DNA of 64,000 nt from Longimicrobiales bacterium (GCA_965116905.1 OZ220732.1:2496001-2560000); one strand, 5' to 3'. Shown: positions 10,955 through 21,520, counted from the first letter of the stretch. Notes: generated by a model not told the origin, from the letters alone. Translations and numbers: made by a program.

Positions 10955-12787
10955 TCAGGGCTGCTTCGAGTCAACCCGCAAGTTCAGGGTGGCGAAGCGT
11001 TGTTGGGAGGGAATCATGACCTCTTCTTCCCTCGAGGCCACGAAATCGGACGGCGAGTAGGAGACTTCCAGCACGTCGGGATTGAGTTGCTCGCCGGGGT
11101 CGAGCACCGCCACGCGCAGGCTCGTATCCACGGGTACCCAGCACGCGCGGTAGTAGCCCCGGGCGTCGGTGGTGACCGCCGTTCCGGCCCGGCCCGCCCG
11201 CAGCCGCCGGTCGACGACGGAGGACGCCCCCTCGAACACGGAGATGTCGTATTCGCGGAACAGGACGCGCACCGTGGCGCCGGAAACGGGATCGCCGGCG
11301 TCGTTCGTCACACGTCCGACCAGGATGGCGTGGCTGCGCAGCACCCGTCCGCCGGGCATGGTGGCCATTTCGTCCGGCGGTTCCACGTCGTCACAGAGGC
11401 GATCCAGCACCCGGCCGATCCGCGGAGCCGCGAAGTTCACCTGCGCCGGGGTCTCCGCGCCGTCCACCACCTCCACGTCCCAGGGTTCGGGCCGGTAGGA
11501 GAACCGCGAGAAGTAGCGGTGGGTGAAGTTGACCGCGTAGACGCCGGGCTCCAGGCGGGTGAATTCGAAGCGGCCCTCGCGATCGGTCGTGGCTTCGATT
11601 GTCGTGCCCTCGATGAAGACGACGGCCCCCGGGAGTCCGGCGCGCAGGCTGTCGAACACCACGCCCGCGATGCGGCCGCCCAGGTCCGCCTCCATGACCG
11701 TCCCTTCGCTGCCGTGCACCTTCAGCACATCGCCGCCCTGCTCGGTGATCCCGTCGAGCACGGTCACGACCCTGCTGTCGAAGGGGCTGACCTCGACCCT
11801 GCCGCGCGGCATGCGAATCCTCCACGAGCTCACGATCCAGGTGCCGTTGGGCAGCGCCTCGAACTCGACCGTTCCCCCCGGGTTGGCGCGCTGGAGCCCG
11901 GCCGGGAGGTCGAGGTTCTGGTAGTAGTAGTCGAGCCGCCTCAACACCGAATTCTCGGCCTCGAGCCACAGCGTTCCCCGTATCTCCGCGATTCTCCGGC
12001 CGGGAACGGGTTCGAATTCCAGGCCGACCAACCCCGGTTCGCCCCCGTCGGTCTTGAGGCGGAAGCAGTGGGTGTCGAGGAACGGATCGGAGAGGAGCAC
12101 GCCCGCATCGGGGGCCCAGTACACGGACTCGTTTGGGGTGATCTTCGCAAACCCCTCCGCAACCAGGGAGTCCGCCGGGAGGGAGACGAACGGGTATTGG
12201 CGGTACGCGCGCTCGAAATCGCGGTCTTCCGAGACCACCTGCCGGCCCTCAGGTCCCAGCTGCCGGAGGATCCCCATCATCTCGTAGCGGTAGTACCCCC
12301 GCTCCTGCGTAAACGCCGCGGCGTCGAGTGCCTTGCGCGCCTCGTCCCACACCCGCGTGACCGCGAGTCCCTCCTCGGGGCGAACCCGGCAGCGGCGGTC
12401 GGCTTCCGCCTCGATGCCCGCGAGGGAGACCGCTGCCACCGCCGACGTCATCCGGATCGTGACCGTATCGCCGGCCGCAAGGTCGAAGTAGTCCGAGTAG
12501 GTGGTCGCGTACCCGATCCGGTCGGCCCTCAGGCGGTATCTGCCCGGAGACGTGGTACTCACCTCGAACAGCCCGGAGTCGCGGGTCAGGGCCCGGGAGA
12601 GCTGGTTGTCGCCGCGGTCGAGCAGGCTGATCATCGCGCCGCCCACGCCCGCGTCGTCGGCGGAGTCCACAAGCCGGCCCCGGACCACCTGTGCGGTGGC
12701 GGGGGCGACAATGCCGGCGACGACGACCCCCGACAGCAGCATGGGGAAGACGAAGCGGCAAACCTTCGGAAACAGCGGACGCGGCAC
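10955..12787 (-). CDS. Carboxypeptidase regulatory-like domain surface protein (three repeats)
   Basis: VRGRLVD..GVGGAMI..GRYRLRADRIGY, IAGVVFD..GLPGAVV..TDREGRF, LVGRVTN..PVSGATV..TDARGYY; start (GTG 12787) uncertain. Confidence 0.8.
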   Translation of the reverse strand: MPRPLFPKVCRFVFPMLLSGVVVAGIVAPATAQVVRGRLVDSADDAGVGGAMISLLDRGDNQLSRALTRDSGLFEVSTTSPGRYRLRADRIGYATTYSDYFDLAAGDTVTIRMTSAVAAVSLAGIEAEADRRCRVRPEEGLAVTRVWDEARKALDAAAFTQERGYYRYEMMGILRQLGPEGRQVVSEDRDFERAYRQYPFVSLPADSLVAEGFAKITPNESVYWAPDAGVLLSDPFLDTHCFRLKTDGGEPGLVGLEFEPVPGRRIAEIRGTLWLEAENSVLRRLDYYYQNLDLPAGLQRANPGGTVEFEALPNGTWIVSSWRIRMPRGRVEVSPFDSRVVTVLDGITEQGGDVLKVHGSEGTVMEADLGGRIAGVVFDSLRAGLPGAVVFIEGTTIEATTDREGRFEFTRLEPGVYAVNFTHRYFSRFSYRPEPWDVEVVDGAETPAQVNFAAPRIGRVLDRLCDDVEPPDEMATMPGGRVLRSHAILVGRVTNDAGDPVSGATVRVLFREYDISVFEGASSVVDRRLRAGRAGTAVTTDARGYYRACWVPVDTSLRVAVLDPGEQLNPDVLEVSYSPSDFVASREEEVMIPSQQRFATLNLRVDSKQP

Positions 12788-12926
12788 GGGCGTTCTCCAG
12801 CGTTGATGCTCGCTACAAGGTAATACGCCGGACCGCCGCCGGCATGACACCGGGCCACCCTTGAGCCGAATCCCGGTCGCGGCTTACCTTGGCCTGCCAA
12901 CGTTTCGTCCGGATGGGAGTCGGCAA

Positions 12927-15164
12927 ATGGCACCTCACAGCTGTCGTTTCGGTCTCAGCGCGGCCGCCGCCGTGGTCGCAGGCGCGGTCGCCGCCGTGGT
13001 CGCGGGCGCGGTCTGTGGGGTTGGCGTGCTGGCGGGCCAAAGCCCTGGACAGAGCCGCGGGTACGTGCCCGAGGACTACTACGGTCTGGTCGTGGTGGGC
13101 GACGTCGCGGTCTCGCCCGATGGCGCGAACGTGGCGTTCACCGTCACCACGGTTGTGGAGGACGAGAATCGGCGACACCGTGAGATCTGGGTGCAGCCCC
13201 TGTCGGGCGGGCGCGCCGACGGCGACGCCTTCCCGGTCACCAGCTCCAACGAGGAGTCGAGCGGCCCGCGCTGGTCCCCGGACGGGTCGCTCCTCTCGTT
13301 TTCGTCTTCGCGCGGGGACGACCCCAACCCGATCTGGTTTGTCCGCCTCCGCGGCCCCGGGGGCGAGGCCTTCCACATCGAGGGCGTCGAGGGGCCGCCC
13401 GTGTGGTCTCCGGACGGTGCCTCCATCGCCTACGTGAAGGCTCCCGAGCGCGGGGCGGACGGCTCCGACGGCGGCGATCAGGACGAGGCAGCCGGCCGCG
13501 AGGGCTGGATTGCGCCCGATGCGGTCTCCAGCACCCTGGACGCCACCCGCTTCGACGGCCGGGTCATCACCTCGATCCGCTACAAGCGCGACGGCCGCCT
13601 CGCCTTCCAGCCGCACTACCTGTCCCGCGAGAAGCAGCAGCTCATGGTCGTCGACGCGCGCGGGGGCACGCCCACCCAGCTGACGCGAGTCTCCTTCGAT
13701 GTTGGCGGCCCGGTGTGGTCCGAGGACGGCCGGGTCATCTTCTTCACCGGCGACGAGCGCCAGGACGACGAACTCGACAGCGAGAACACGGGCGACATCT
13801 GGGCCGTGGACGTGAACGTGGGCACCGTCCGGCGACTCACCTCCAACCCGGGAACCGAGAGCGCCCCGGCGATCTCGCTCGACGGCCGCAGCATGGCGTT
13901 TCTGTCGACCCCCGAGCGCGGGAGCCAGACGGACCTGCTGGTCGCCGAAATCGGCCCCGACGGGCACTTCCGCGGCGAGCCCGCCAACCTGACCGCCGAC
14001 TGGGACCTCCGCCCCGGCGCCCCCACGTGGTCGGCCGACGGCGCCAGCGTCCTCTTCTCCGCCGGCGTCGCCGGGGACAGCCACCTCTTCCGGGCGTCGG
14101 CGTCGGTGTCGACGTCGGCAATCGCGGCGACGGCGCCGTCCACCGCGGACCGGGTCCAGCAGGTCACGCGCGGCGCCCGGCGGCTGTCCTCCTTCTCGTT
14201 TTCCGACTCCGGCGGCGTCATGGCCTTCACCGCGACCGACGCGGTCACGCCCGGCGAACTCTACGTCGGCCCCGGAGACGGCTCGAGCGAGCAGAAGGTC
14301 ACGCGCTTCAACGACGGCTGGCTTTCGGAGGTGTCGCTGATGCCCGCCGAGGAACTGACGTGGACCGCCGAGGACGGCACCGAGATCCAGGGCTGGGTGG
14401 TCAGGCCCGTCAACTTCCGCAGCGGCGGCTCGTACCCCATGGTGCTGAAGATCCACGGCGGACCGCATTCGGCCTACGGGAACACCTTCTTCCCGACCTT
14501 CCACGTGCTGTCGGCAGCCGGGTTCTTCGTCCTCTACACCAATCCGCGCGGCTCATCCGGCTATGGCCACGACTTCCAGTACGCGACGCGCGGCGAGTGG
14601 GGCATCGTGGACCGCGAGGACTACCTGGCCGGCGTCGAGGCGGCGCTGGCGGCCTACCCCGAGATCGACGCCAACCGTCTCGGCGTCTCGGGCGGCAGCT
14701 ACGGCGGCTTCATGACCAACTGGCTTACCGCCACGACCGAACGCTTCCACGCCGCGGTCACCTCGCGCTCGATCACCAACTGGGAAAGCTGGTGGGGCAC
14801 CTCCGACGCGCAGGGGCTGACCGAGTACGAGTTCTACGGCCCGCCGTGGGAGCAGCGCGACCTCTACCGCCGCCTCTCGCCCATCTCCTACGTCGAGAAC
14901 GTGACCGCGCCGACGCTCATCATCCACAGCGAGCAGGACTACCGCACCCCGATCGGCGACGGCGAGCAGTGGTTCATGTCGCTCAGGAAGCTGGGGGTGC
15001 CGGTCGAACTGGTCCGCTACCCGCGGTCGTCGCATGGCCTCTCGCGAACCGGCGAACCCTGGCTGCTCGTGGACCGCCTGGAGCGCATCCGGAGCTGGTT
15101 CGCGCACTTCCTGATCCAGAACCCGCCCGCCAGGCGAGCCGGAGCGGAGTCCGGACGCCGTTGA
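12927..15164 (+). CDS. S9 family peptidase (acylaminoacyl/dipeptidyl peptidase-like) with beta-propeller
   Basis: WSPDG repeats, IHGGPH, GGSYGG (Ser), SEQDYR (Asp), SHGLSR (His); start uncertain. Confidence 0.93.
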   Translation: MAPHSCRFGLSAAAAVVAGAVAAVVAGAVCGVGVLAGQSPGQSRGYVPEDYYGLVVVGDVAVSPDGANVAFTVTTVVEDENRRHREIWVQPLSGGRADGDAFPVTSSNEESSGPRWSPDGSLLSFSSSRGDDPNPIWFVRLRGPGGEAFHIEGVEGPPVWSPDGASIAYVKAPERGADGSDGGDQDEAAGREGWIAPDAVSSTLDATRFDGRVITSIRYKRDGRLAFQPHYLSREKQQLMVVDARGGTPTQLTRVSFDVGGPVWSEDGRVIFFTGDERQDDELDSENTGDIWAVDVNVGTVRRLTSNPGTESAPAISLDGRSMAFLSTPERGSQTDLLVAEIGPDGHFRGEPANLTADWDLRPGAPTWSADGASVLFSAGVAGDSHLFRASASVSTSAIAATAPSTADRVQQVTRGARRLSSFSFSDSGGVMAFTATDAVTPGELYVGPGDGSSEQKVTRFNDGWLSEVSLMPAEELTWTAEDGTEIQGWVVRPVNFRSGGSYPMVLKIHGGPHSAYGNTFFPTFHVLSAAGFFVLYTNPRGSSGYGHDFQYATRGEWGIVDREDYLAGVEAALAAYPEIDANRLGVSGGSYGGFMTNWLTATTERFHAAVTSRSITNWESWWGTSDAQGLTEYEFYGPPWEQRDLYRRLSPISYVENVTAPTLIIHSEQDYRTPIGDGEQWFMSLRKLGVPVELVRYPRSSHGLSRTGEPWLLVDRLERIRSWFAHFLIQNPPARRAGAESGRR

Positions 15165-16504
15165 CCGACCTCCCGCCACTTCCATACACCGAGCGCCGCA
15201 AGACCGCGCTCTCGCGCATGGCCGATGGATCCATGGTCCTGCCCGCTTTGGATGTGAGGTACAAGAGCGGTGATTCGGAATACCGCTACCGCCCCGACTC
15301 GGAGATGCTCTACCTCACGGGGTGGGGGGAAGGGGGGAGCGTCGCCGTGCTGAGGGGCCACGGCGCAAAGCACCGCTTCGTGCTCTTCGTGCCCGAGCGG
15401 GACGCGGAACGGGAGCGCTGGACGGGCCCCCGACTCGACCCGGGAGAGGTGAGCGCCCGCTTCGGCGCGGACGCGGTCTTCCCCATGAGGGAGTTCCGGG
15501 ACCGGGGACCGGCGCTGCTGGCCGACGGCGACCGGATCCACTACCGCCTGGGCGCGTCCGCGGTGTGCGACGACGTGGTGCGCGACGCGCTCGGCGCCGG
15601 GCGGGCGCGGCGGGCCCGGCAGGGTGCGGGCGCGCACATGGTGGTCGACCCGGGGGCGATCCTGGACCCGATGCGGGTGCGGAAGGACGCGGCCGAGATC
15701 GCCCGGCTGCGCGAGGCCGCGCGGATCTCGGTGGCCGCGTTCCGCGAGGCGCTGGGGCGCGTGCGGGGCGGGGTGGGGGAGTGGGAGGTGGAGGCCGCGC
15801 TGGAGGCGGGGTTCCGGAGCCGGGGCGCGGGCGGTCCGGCCTTCGCGACGATCGTCGCCGCGGGGGCGAACGCGTGCACGCTGCACTATTCCGCCAACCG
15901 CGCCCGGATCCGGGGCAGCGACCTGGTGCTGATGGACGCGGGCGCCGAGTTCGACTACTACGCGGCGGACATCACGCGCACCGTGCCCGCGTCGGGGCGG
16001 CTGGCGGGGGCACGGCGCGAGGCGTACGAGGTCGTGCGGGGAGCGCACCGCGCGGCCCTGGCGGCGTGTCGGCCGGGTGGGACGCTGGAGGATGTGCACG
16101 AGGCGGCCAGCCGCGCGATCGCGGGGGGGCTGGTGGGGATGGGGGTGGTGGAGGGCACGGTGGAGGAGGTGGTGGAGAGCGGGGCGCACCGGGCGTTCTT
16201 CCCGCACAAGACGTCGCACTGGCTCGGGCTGGACACGCACGATGCGGGGCCGTATTGGGGCGGTGCGGGCGCCGACGGAGCGGGCGCCGACGGACCGGTC
16301 CTGCTACAGCCCGGCATGGTCTTCACCGTCGAGCCCGGGCTGTATTTCCCGCCCGGCAGTTGCGACCGGGTGCCGGAGCTGGAGGGGACCGGGATCCGGA
16401 TCGAGGACGACGTGCTGATCGGCGAGGACGGCGCGGAGGTGCTGACGGGCGAGCTCCCCGTCGACCTCGAAGCGCTTGGGCCGCTGGTGGGGAAGGCGTC
16501 GTGA
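15161..16504 (+). CDS. pepP: Xaa-Pro aminopeptidase (M24B)
   Basis: YRYRPDSEMLYLTG, LMDAGAEFDYYAADITRT, HWLGLDTHD, TVEPGLY, GIRIEDD; TTG start overlapping the S9 stop. Confidence 0.88.
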   Translation: MTDLPPLPYTERRKTALSRMADGSMVLPALDVRYKSGDSEYRYRPDSEMLYLTGWGEGGSVAVLRGHGAKHRFVLFVPERDAERERWTGPRLDPGEVSARFGADAVFPMREFRDRGPALLADGDRIHYRLGASAVCDDVVRDALGAGRARRARQGAGAHMVVDPGAILDPMRVRKDAAEIARLREAARISVAAFREALGRVRGGVGEWEVEAALEAGFRSRGAGGPAFATIVAAGANACTLHYSANRARIRGSDLVLMDAGAEFDYYAADITRTVPASGRLAGARREAYEVVRGAHRAALAACRPGGTLEDVHEAASRAIAGGLVGMGVVEGTVEEVVESGAHRAFFPHKTSHWLGLDTHDAGPYWGGAGADGAGADGPVLLQPGMVFTVEPGLYFPPGSCDRVPELEGTGIRIEDDVLIGEDGAEVLTGELPVDLEALGPLVGKAS

Positions 16505-17439
16505 AGTCGCCTGTCCCGCCGGACACACCGCCACCGGCTTCGCCGCCACCAGCTTCGCCGCCGCCGGGCTCACCGCCGCCGGATGGCCGCGACGCCAGCC
16601 CGCTGCTCCGGCGGCTCGTGGAGCCGGAACCCCTGCTCGCGGTCGAACTGCGGCCGCCCCGGCTCGGCATGGGTACCGCGCGGAGCATGAGCGTCTGGAT
16701 CGACATGCACCACGCGGTCCAGCGGCTCGCGCGGCAGGACACCTTCATCCTGCTGACCGACGATGCCGCCGGGGACCATGAGGAGGAGAGTCTCGCGCAC
16801 CTGGCCGCGAACCTGGGCGGGACCGCCGACCTGGGCGCGGTGGTGCCATTTCTGACGTGCAAGCATCCGCTCGAGTACTGCCGGATGTTCGCGCGGCGGG
16901 CGTCGGGGCTGGGCGTGGCGGCGGTCGCGGTGGTGGGGGGGGATCACTCCGTCGGCCCCGAGCGCTGTGTCCCGCACGGGAAGGATCTACGCCGCATCCT
17001 GCGCGCCGATCAGCCCGGCCTGCCTCTTGGCGGGTGGGCGAACCCGCATCGGGATCCTGTTCAGCAGGCGCGCTACGTCGCCGACGCCGACTTCACCGCG
17101 GACTTCGTCCTCACCCAGATCGTGTCACACCACTCCCTTGGTTGTGTCGAGGGCTTCAAGGCGGAGCTGGGGCGGCTCGGCGTCGATCTGCCGGTCGTCT
17201 ACGGGGTCTTCCACTACCACAGCGCAAATCCCCGCACGCTGAACTACCTGGGGCGCTACTTTCCCGTGCCGGCCGCCGAGATCACGCGGGAGTTCGAGGG
17301 CGGAGCCACCGCCGAGGAGATCTGCCTGCGGACGATCCGGGGGCTGCGGGCGGTCGGCGCCGACAGGGTGTACGTGAGCAACCTGCGGAGCCGGGATGTG
17401 GCGAGGCGGCTGGAGGAGATGGGGGAGGGGGTGGGGTAG
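16501..17439 (+). CDS. Methylenetetrahydrofolate reductase-like TIM-barrel protein
   Basis: VELRPP, LTDD, VPFLTCK, VVGGD, GGWANP, FVLTQ follow the MTHFR motif order; Pro-rich repeat N-terminus; GTGA overlap with pepP. Confidence 0.55.
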   Translation: MKSPVPPDTPPPASPPPASPPPGSPPPDGRDASPLLRRLVEPEPLLAVELRPPRLGMGTARSMSVWIDMHHAVQRLARQDTFILLTDDAAGDHEEESLAHLAANLGGTADLGAVVPFLTCKHPLEYCRMFARRASGLGVAAVAVVGGDHSVGPERCVPHGKDLRRILRADQPGLPLGGWANPHRDPVQQARYVADADFTADFVLTQIVSHHSLGCVEGFKAELGRLGVDLPVVYGVFHYHSANPRTLNYLGRYFPVPAAEITREFEGGATAEEICLRTIRGLRAVGADRVYVSNLRSRDVARRLEEMGEGVG

Positions 17440-17448
17440 GGGATAGGG
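17421..17448 (+). other. G-quadruplex-capable G-run cluster across the stop codon
   Basis: GGGGG-A-GGGGG-T-GGGG-TA-GGGG-ATA-GGG; the first 22 nt are identical to 46156-46177. Confidence 0.75.
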
Positions 17449-17486
17449 TAGAAAAGACGGTCGGGCGGAATGACCAGGTATGTGAG

Positions 17487-17521
17487 CGGGAAAAACAAAA
17501 GTTACATTTTTGATTTTCCCG
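17487..17521. terminator. AT-rich inverted repeat between convergent genes
   Basis: CGGGAAAAACAAAA-GTTACAT-TTTTGATTTTCCCG, 14-bp arms with one mismatch. Confidence 0.55.
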
Positions 17522-17603
17522 ATCCTGACCGATACCGGCCTGCTGCACTCGCTGCTGAGGCTCCGACGGGCTGGACTGACAGCCATTGGGAAGCAATGTC
17601 CGG

Positions 17604-19889
17604 TCAGAACACCACCCGGTAGACGACGTTCAGACTCCGCCCGGCCTCCGGCATGATCTCCTTCACCCGGGAGAGGTGGTTGCGGTACTCGGCATTCGCG
17701 GCGTTGACGAGGCTCACGGTCAGGACGTTCAGGCGCCCGCCGAACGTCAGCCGCATCCCGGCCGCGACGTTGAAGACGGTGTAGCCGGCGGTCGGCGTCT
17801 CGAATTCGCCAACCCTGTCCTGCCGGCTCGCCATCTCGGCCTCCGTCCGGAGATACCACGACGGCCGCTCGTACTTCAGGGCCACGTGTCCCTTGAGTGG
17901 AGGCATGAGAGGGAGTGGCTCGCCGGTCCCCTTGAGACGGCCTCTCACCGATGAGGCCACTCCCTCCAGCGCCAGCCCCCGGCCGGCATCCACGTCCACG
18001 CCGAACTCGAAGCCGCTGAAGACGGCGTCGCTGCCCCGGAACTGGTAGATGGGGAGCAGAACGCGGCTGAGACGGCCCGTGTCCTCGCCGTAGATGTGGT
18101 TCCTGATGTCGTTGTGGAAGCCGGTCACCTCGGCCCGCAGCCGGTCGGACTCGAAGCGGAGGAAGACATCGAGCCCCCTCCCGACCTCGCCCTCCAGAGA
18201 CGGGTTCCCGACCTCGAAGACGTAGGCCGCCAGATGCGGTCCTTCTGAATAGAGTTCGGTGATGTCGGGTGTCCGAAACGCCCGGACCACGCTTGCACCG
18301 AGGACCAGCCCGGAGGCCGACCTGTAGAGGACACCCAGCGACCCCGACAACGAGTGGAACCTGCGGTCGCGGATCTCGCCGATGTCCGAGATCCGATCTA
18401 CCGCCGGATCGGCCAGCGTCCAGTCGTAGCGCAGCCCCGACTCGATCTGGATGGAGCCCAGGTCGACTTCCTCGAGCAGGTACAGGGCCGCCCGGAGCCG
18501 ACGCGTGTCCGGCGTGTAGAGGGATCCCCCGTATCCGAAGTCCTCCCAGGACGCGCGGCCGCCCATCGCACCCGCCGCAAAGGGTCCCCACCTCCCATGC
18601 CGACCCAGGACGTCCGCGCTCACGCCCTGTTGCTCGAAGAGGGTCCCCAGAATGTCCGGCGCCTCGATCTCGCGGTGCGTGTACCATGAGTGATTCGCGT
18701 CGAAACGGAGGTTGCGGAAGGGGCCGACCGGCTCATCGACCACGGTCCGGAACTTCGACGTGAACCGCTCCATTTCGATGCGCACCCCCTCCTCGTGCCC
18801 ACCCACGAAACCACCCGGGATGCCGTAGTCGTTGCGGTACCCGCGGAAGGATGCTCCCAGGCGGCCCCAATCGGCCGCGTACGCCGTACCCGCACCCCCG
18901 CTCCACAGCCTGCCGTCGGTGTTGAGGAGCGTGCCGATGGGGGTCTTCAGGTCTCCCGCCGTCCGTGCGGCCAACTCCACGCGCAGCGGCACGCGCTCGG
19001 CGATGGCGAACACGGTCGTCGCGCTGCCGGCCAGCGAACCGGTCGCGGTGTGCGTCTGCAGGGTCGCGGCGCCCGTCAGGTCGTGCGGCACGGAGGTCGG
19101 AATCTCGTCGCGGATGACGTTGATGACCCCGCCCAGTGCGTTGCCTCCGTAGAGCAGGGCACCCGGCCCGCGCACGACCTCGATCCGCCGCGCCGACGAT
19201 GGATCGAGCGCGGTGGTGTGATCCGCGCCCGAGTTGGAGGCGTCCCCGACCGCGGTTCCGTCCTCCAGCATCAGTACCCGGTCGCCGCTCAGTCCCCGGA
19301 TCACCGGCTGCGCGACCGATGGACCCATCCTGGTGGCGGCCAGCCCCGGCATCGACGCGAGGGTGCCCGCGACGGTCGCCGTCAACTGGCGCTGCAGGTC
19401 ATCGCCCGCCATGACGCTGACCGGCCGGAGCGCCTCGGCCGCGGCGCGCTCGCTGATCGTGGCCGTCACCACCAGGTCGTCCAGCGCAATGGGAGACGGC
19501 GTCAACTCGATCACGACCTCGGCCGACTCCGCCACGGCTCGGCGCGCGCGCACGGTGCCCACGGTCACGACTGCGGTGGCGCCCCGGTATCCCAGCCGGT
19601 CGGCTCGAAGGATGTATCCGCCCGCGGCCAATCCCGTCAGGTGGAAGCTCCCGTCGCCGCCGGTGACCGCCCTGGTGTCCCTCCCGACCACCGATACCTG
19701 CGCTCCCGCCAGGGGTTCACCGGTCACCGCGTCGCGCACATTGCCCTCGAACACATGCACCTGCTCCGGCTGCTGCGCGAAGACCTCGGGAACGCCGAGC
19801 ACGGGAGCCACCGCAAGACACAGGACGAGGGCCGGTCTGCCGAGCGTGCGAATGCCGCCCCCGCGGGGAAAATGGAAAGCCGAGTTCAC
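17604..19889 (-). CDS. TonB-dependent receptor, ZnuD-like, with N-terminal carboxypeptidase-regulatory domain
   Basis: PVIRGLSGDRV, ADHTTALD, IEVVRGPGALLYGGNALGGVINVI, ELYSEGPHLA, ETPTAGY, YRNHLSRVKE. Confidence 0.9.
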   Translation of the reverse strand: MNSAFHFPRGGGIRTLGRPALVLCLAVAPVLGVPEVFAQQPEQVHVFEGNVRDAVTGEPLAGAQVSVVGRDTRAVTGGDGSFHLTGLAAGGYILRADRLGYRGATAVVTVGTVRARRAVAESAEVVIELTPSPIALDDLVVTATISERAAAEALRPVSVMAGDDLQRQLTATVAGTLASMPGLAATRMGPSVAQPVIRGLSGDRVLMLEDGTAVGDASNSGADHTTALDPSSARRIEVVRGPGALLYGGNALGGVINVIRDEIPTSVPHDLTGAATLQTHTATGSLAGSATTVFAIAERVPLRVELAARTAGDLKTPIGTLLNTDGRLWSGGAGTAYAADWGRLGASFRGYRNDYGIPGGFVGGHEEGVRIEMERFTSKFRTVVDEPVGPFRNLRFDANHSWYTHREIEAPDILGTLFEQQGVSADVLGRHGRWGPFAAGAMGGRASWEDFGYGGSLYTPDTRRLRAALYLLEEVDLGSIQIESGLRYDWTLADPAVDRISDIGEIRDRRFHSLSGSLGVLYRSASGLVLGASVVRAFRTPDITELYSEGPHLAAYVFEVGNPSLEGEVGRGLDVFLRFESDRLRAEVTGFHNDIRNHIYGEDTGRLSRVLLPIYQFRGSDAVFSGFEFGVDVDAGRGLALEGVASSVRGRLKGTGEPLPLMPPLKGHVALKYERPSWYLRTEAEMASRQDRVGEFETPTAGYTVFNVAAGMRLTFGGRLNVLTVSLVNAANAEYRNHLSRVKEIMPEAGRSLNVVYRVVF

Positions 19890-20097
19890 ATTATGGAAAC
19901 TCCGGTTGACATGCGCGGCTTGACATGCGAGTCGTCCAACTCCGGGGTTGCAATCCGCGACACCATGTTCGCTCTTGGTAGAGGTTGGCCCGCCCGGTTG
20001 TGCAGGTCAAGGACCGCCCGGCGGGGGCCTCAGCCCGGCATGTCCGGTTCGTGTGCACCAAGCCAGGGGGCCAGATGACGACATCTGCAACCGAGCC

Positions 20098-21423
20098 ATG
20101 CCCCGCGGGGCTTTCCACGTGATCGCGCTGAAGAAGGTGGTCGCGGCGACGGCCCGGTCGGTGTACATCCGCGTGCGGCTGGCCGAAGAGCGACTGCGAA
20201 GCGGCGCGGCGTGGTGGCCTCTCGCCAACGGCTTCGTCGCGAATCCCTATCCGGTCTATCGCAGGCTTCGCGAGCGGGACCCGGTCCACTACAGCATTCT
20301 CCTCGAACAGGTCGTGGTAACCCGCTACGCGGATGTGGACCGCATCCTTCGGGATCACCGGAGCTTCTCCAACGACCTGCGCCAGGCACGTTCATCACGC
20401 GGCTCGCTGGCCACACGCAAGAAACTGAAGCCCAGCATGCTCGTGCTCGACCCACCGGACCACACGCGTCTGCGACGGCTCGTGAACAGGGCGTTCACGC
20501 CCCGTTCGGTTGCGAAGATGGAGGACCATATCCGGGCGACCGCGCATGCTCTTCTGGACGAAGTCGAGGGCAGCGGCGAATTCGACCTGATGTCGGCCTA
20601 CGCCGGGCCGCTGCCAACGCTTGTGATCGCCGGCATGATCGGTGTGCGCGAGCGCGATCTCGACCGCTTCAAGGTGTGGTCCGGGCACCTGGCCCGTGCG
20701 CTGGAACCCCTCCTCACACCGGAAGAAGAGGAGCTGGTGCACCGGACTGAACGGCAGTTGGCCGACTACCACAGGGGGATCATCGAGCAGCGCCGGCGTA
20801 ACCCGCGCGACGATCTCATTTCACGGCTGGTGGAAGCCGAGGAGCAGGGCGACAGGCTCACGCCGGACGAGATGACGGTGATGCTTCGCCTGCTTCTGAT
20901 CGCCGGCAACGAGACGACCACCAACCTGATCGGCAACGGTCTGAGGGCGCTGCTGCGCAGTCCCGACCAGCTCGCCTTGCTGCGGGAACGCCCGGAGCTG
21001 ATGCCTTCGGCGGTCGAAGAGCTGTTGCGCTACGATTCGCCGGTGCAGCTGGACATGCGCTTTGCGACCCGCGACCTGGACATGGGTGGCCGATCGGTGC
21101 GCGCGGGGACCATGATCACCCCCGCAATCGGGGCCGCCAATCGCGACCCGGAGCGCTTCCAGCGGCCCGATGCACTGGACATCACGCGTTCCGATCCCGG
21201 GAACATCTCGTTCGGCCGCGGTATCCATCACTGTCTGGGCGCCCCGCTTGCCCGTCTCGAGGGACGGATCGCGCTGGAGGTGCTGCTGGAGCGTTTCGAA
21301 AGGATCGGCTTCGGCACGCGTGCACCACGGTTTCGGCCCAGTATTGTCCTGCGGGGGCTCGAGCACTTCGACATTCGCGCGATTCCACGCGGCCGCGCCG
21401 GTCGGAGCGCGACAGGCATGTGA
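20098..21423 (+). CDS. Cytochrome P450
   Basis: DPPDHTRLR, I-helix AGNETT, ExxR (EELLR), heme motif FGRGIHHCLGAPLARLEG; start uncertain. Confidence 0.96.
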   Translation: MPRGAFHVIALKKVVAATARSVYIRVRLAEERLRSGAAWWPLANGFVANPYPVYRRLRERDPVHYSILLEQVVVTRYADVDRILRDHRSFSNDLRQARSSRGSLATRKKLKPSMLVLDPPDHTRLRRLVNRAFTPRSVAKMEDHIRATAHALLDEVEGSGEFDLMSAYAGPLPTLVIAGMIGVRERDLDRFKVWSGHLARALEPLLTPEEEELVHRTERQLADYHRGIIEQRRRNPRDDLISRLVEAEEQGDRLTPDEMTVMLRLLLIAGNETTTNLIGNGLRALLRSPDQLALLRERPELMPSAVEELLRYDSPVQLDMRFATRDLDMGGRSVRAGTMITPAIGAANRDPERFQRPDALDITRSDPGNISFGRGIHHCLGAPLARLEGRIALEVLLERFERIGFGTRAPRFRPSIVLRGLEHFDIRAIPRGRAGRSATGM

Positions 21424-21520
21424 CATCCGGGCTGGCGCTCCGGCCAGGTGATGGACACCTTTGCAATCGGTCGTGAACCGGTCACGCGTGCCCGCGCGGT
21501 CTCGCTGGGAAGGAGCCGAG

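Noticed and set aside
7879..10974. 1031-aa minus-strand ORF and similar long Arg/Pro/Gly-rich ORFs (8754-11060, 10922-12823, 53000-55936)
   Set aside because: Shadow frames of real high-GC genes, with no domain motifs.
13403..15160. Apparent 1033-aa PepP, and likewise the long N-extensions of ORFs starting 15322, 25245 and 54721
   Set aside because: The extensions overlap upstream genes in another frame; motifs begin only at 15161, 16501, 25932 and 55948.
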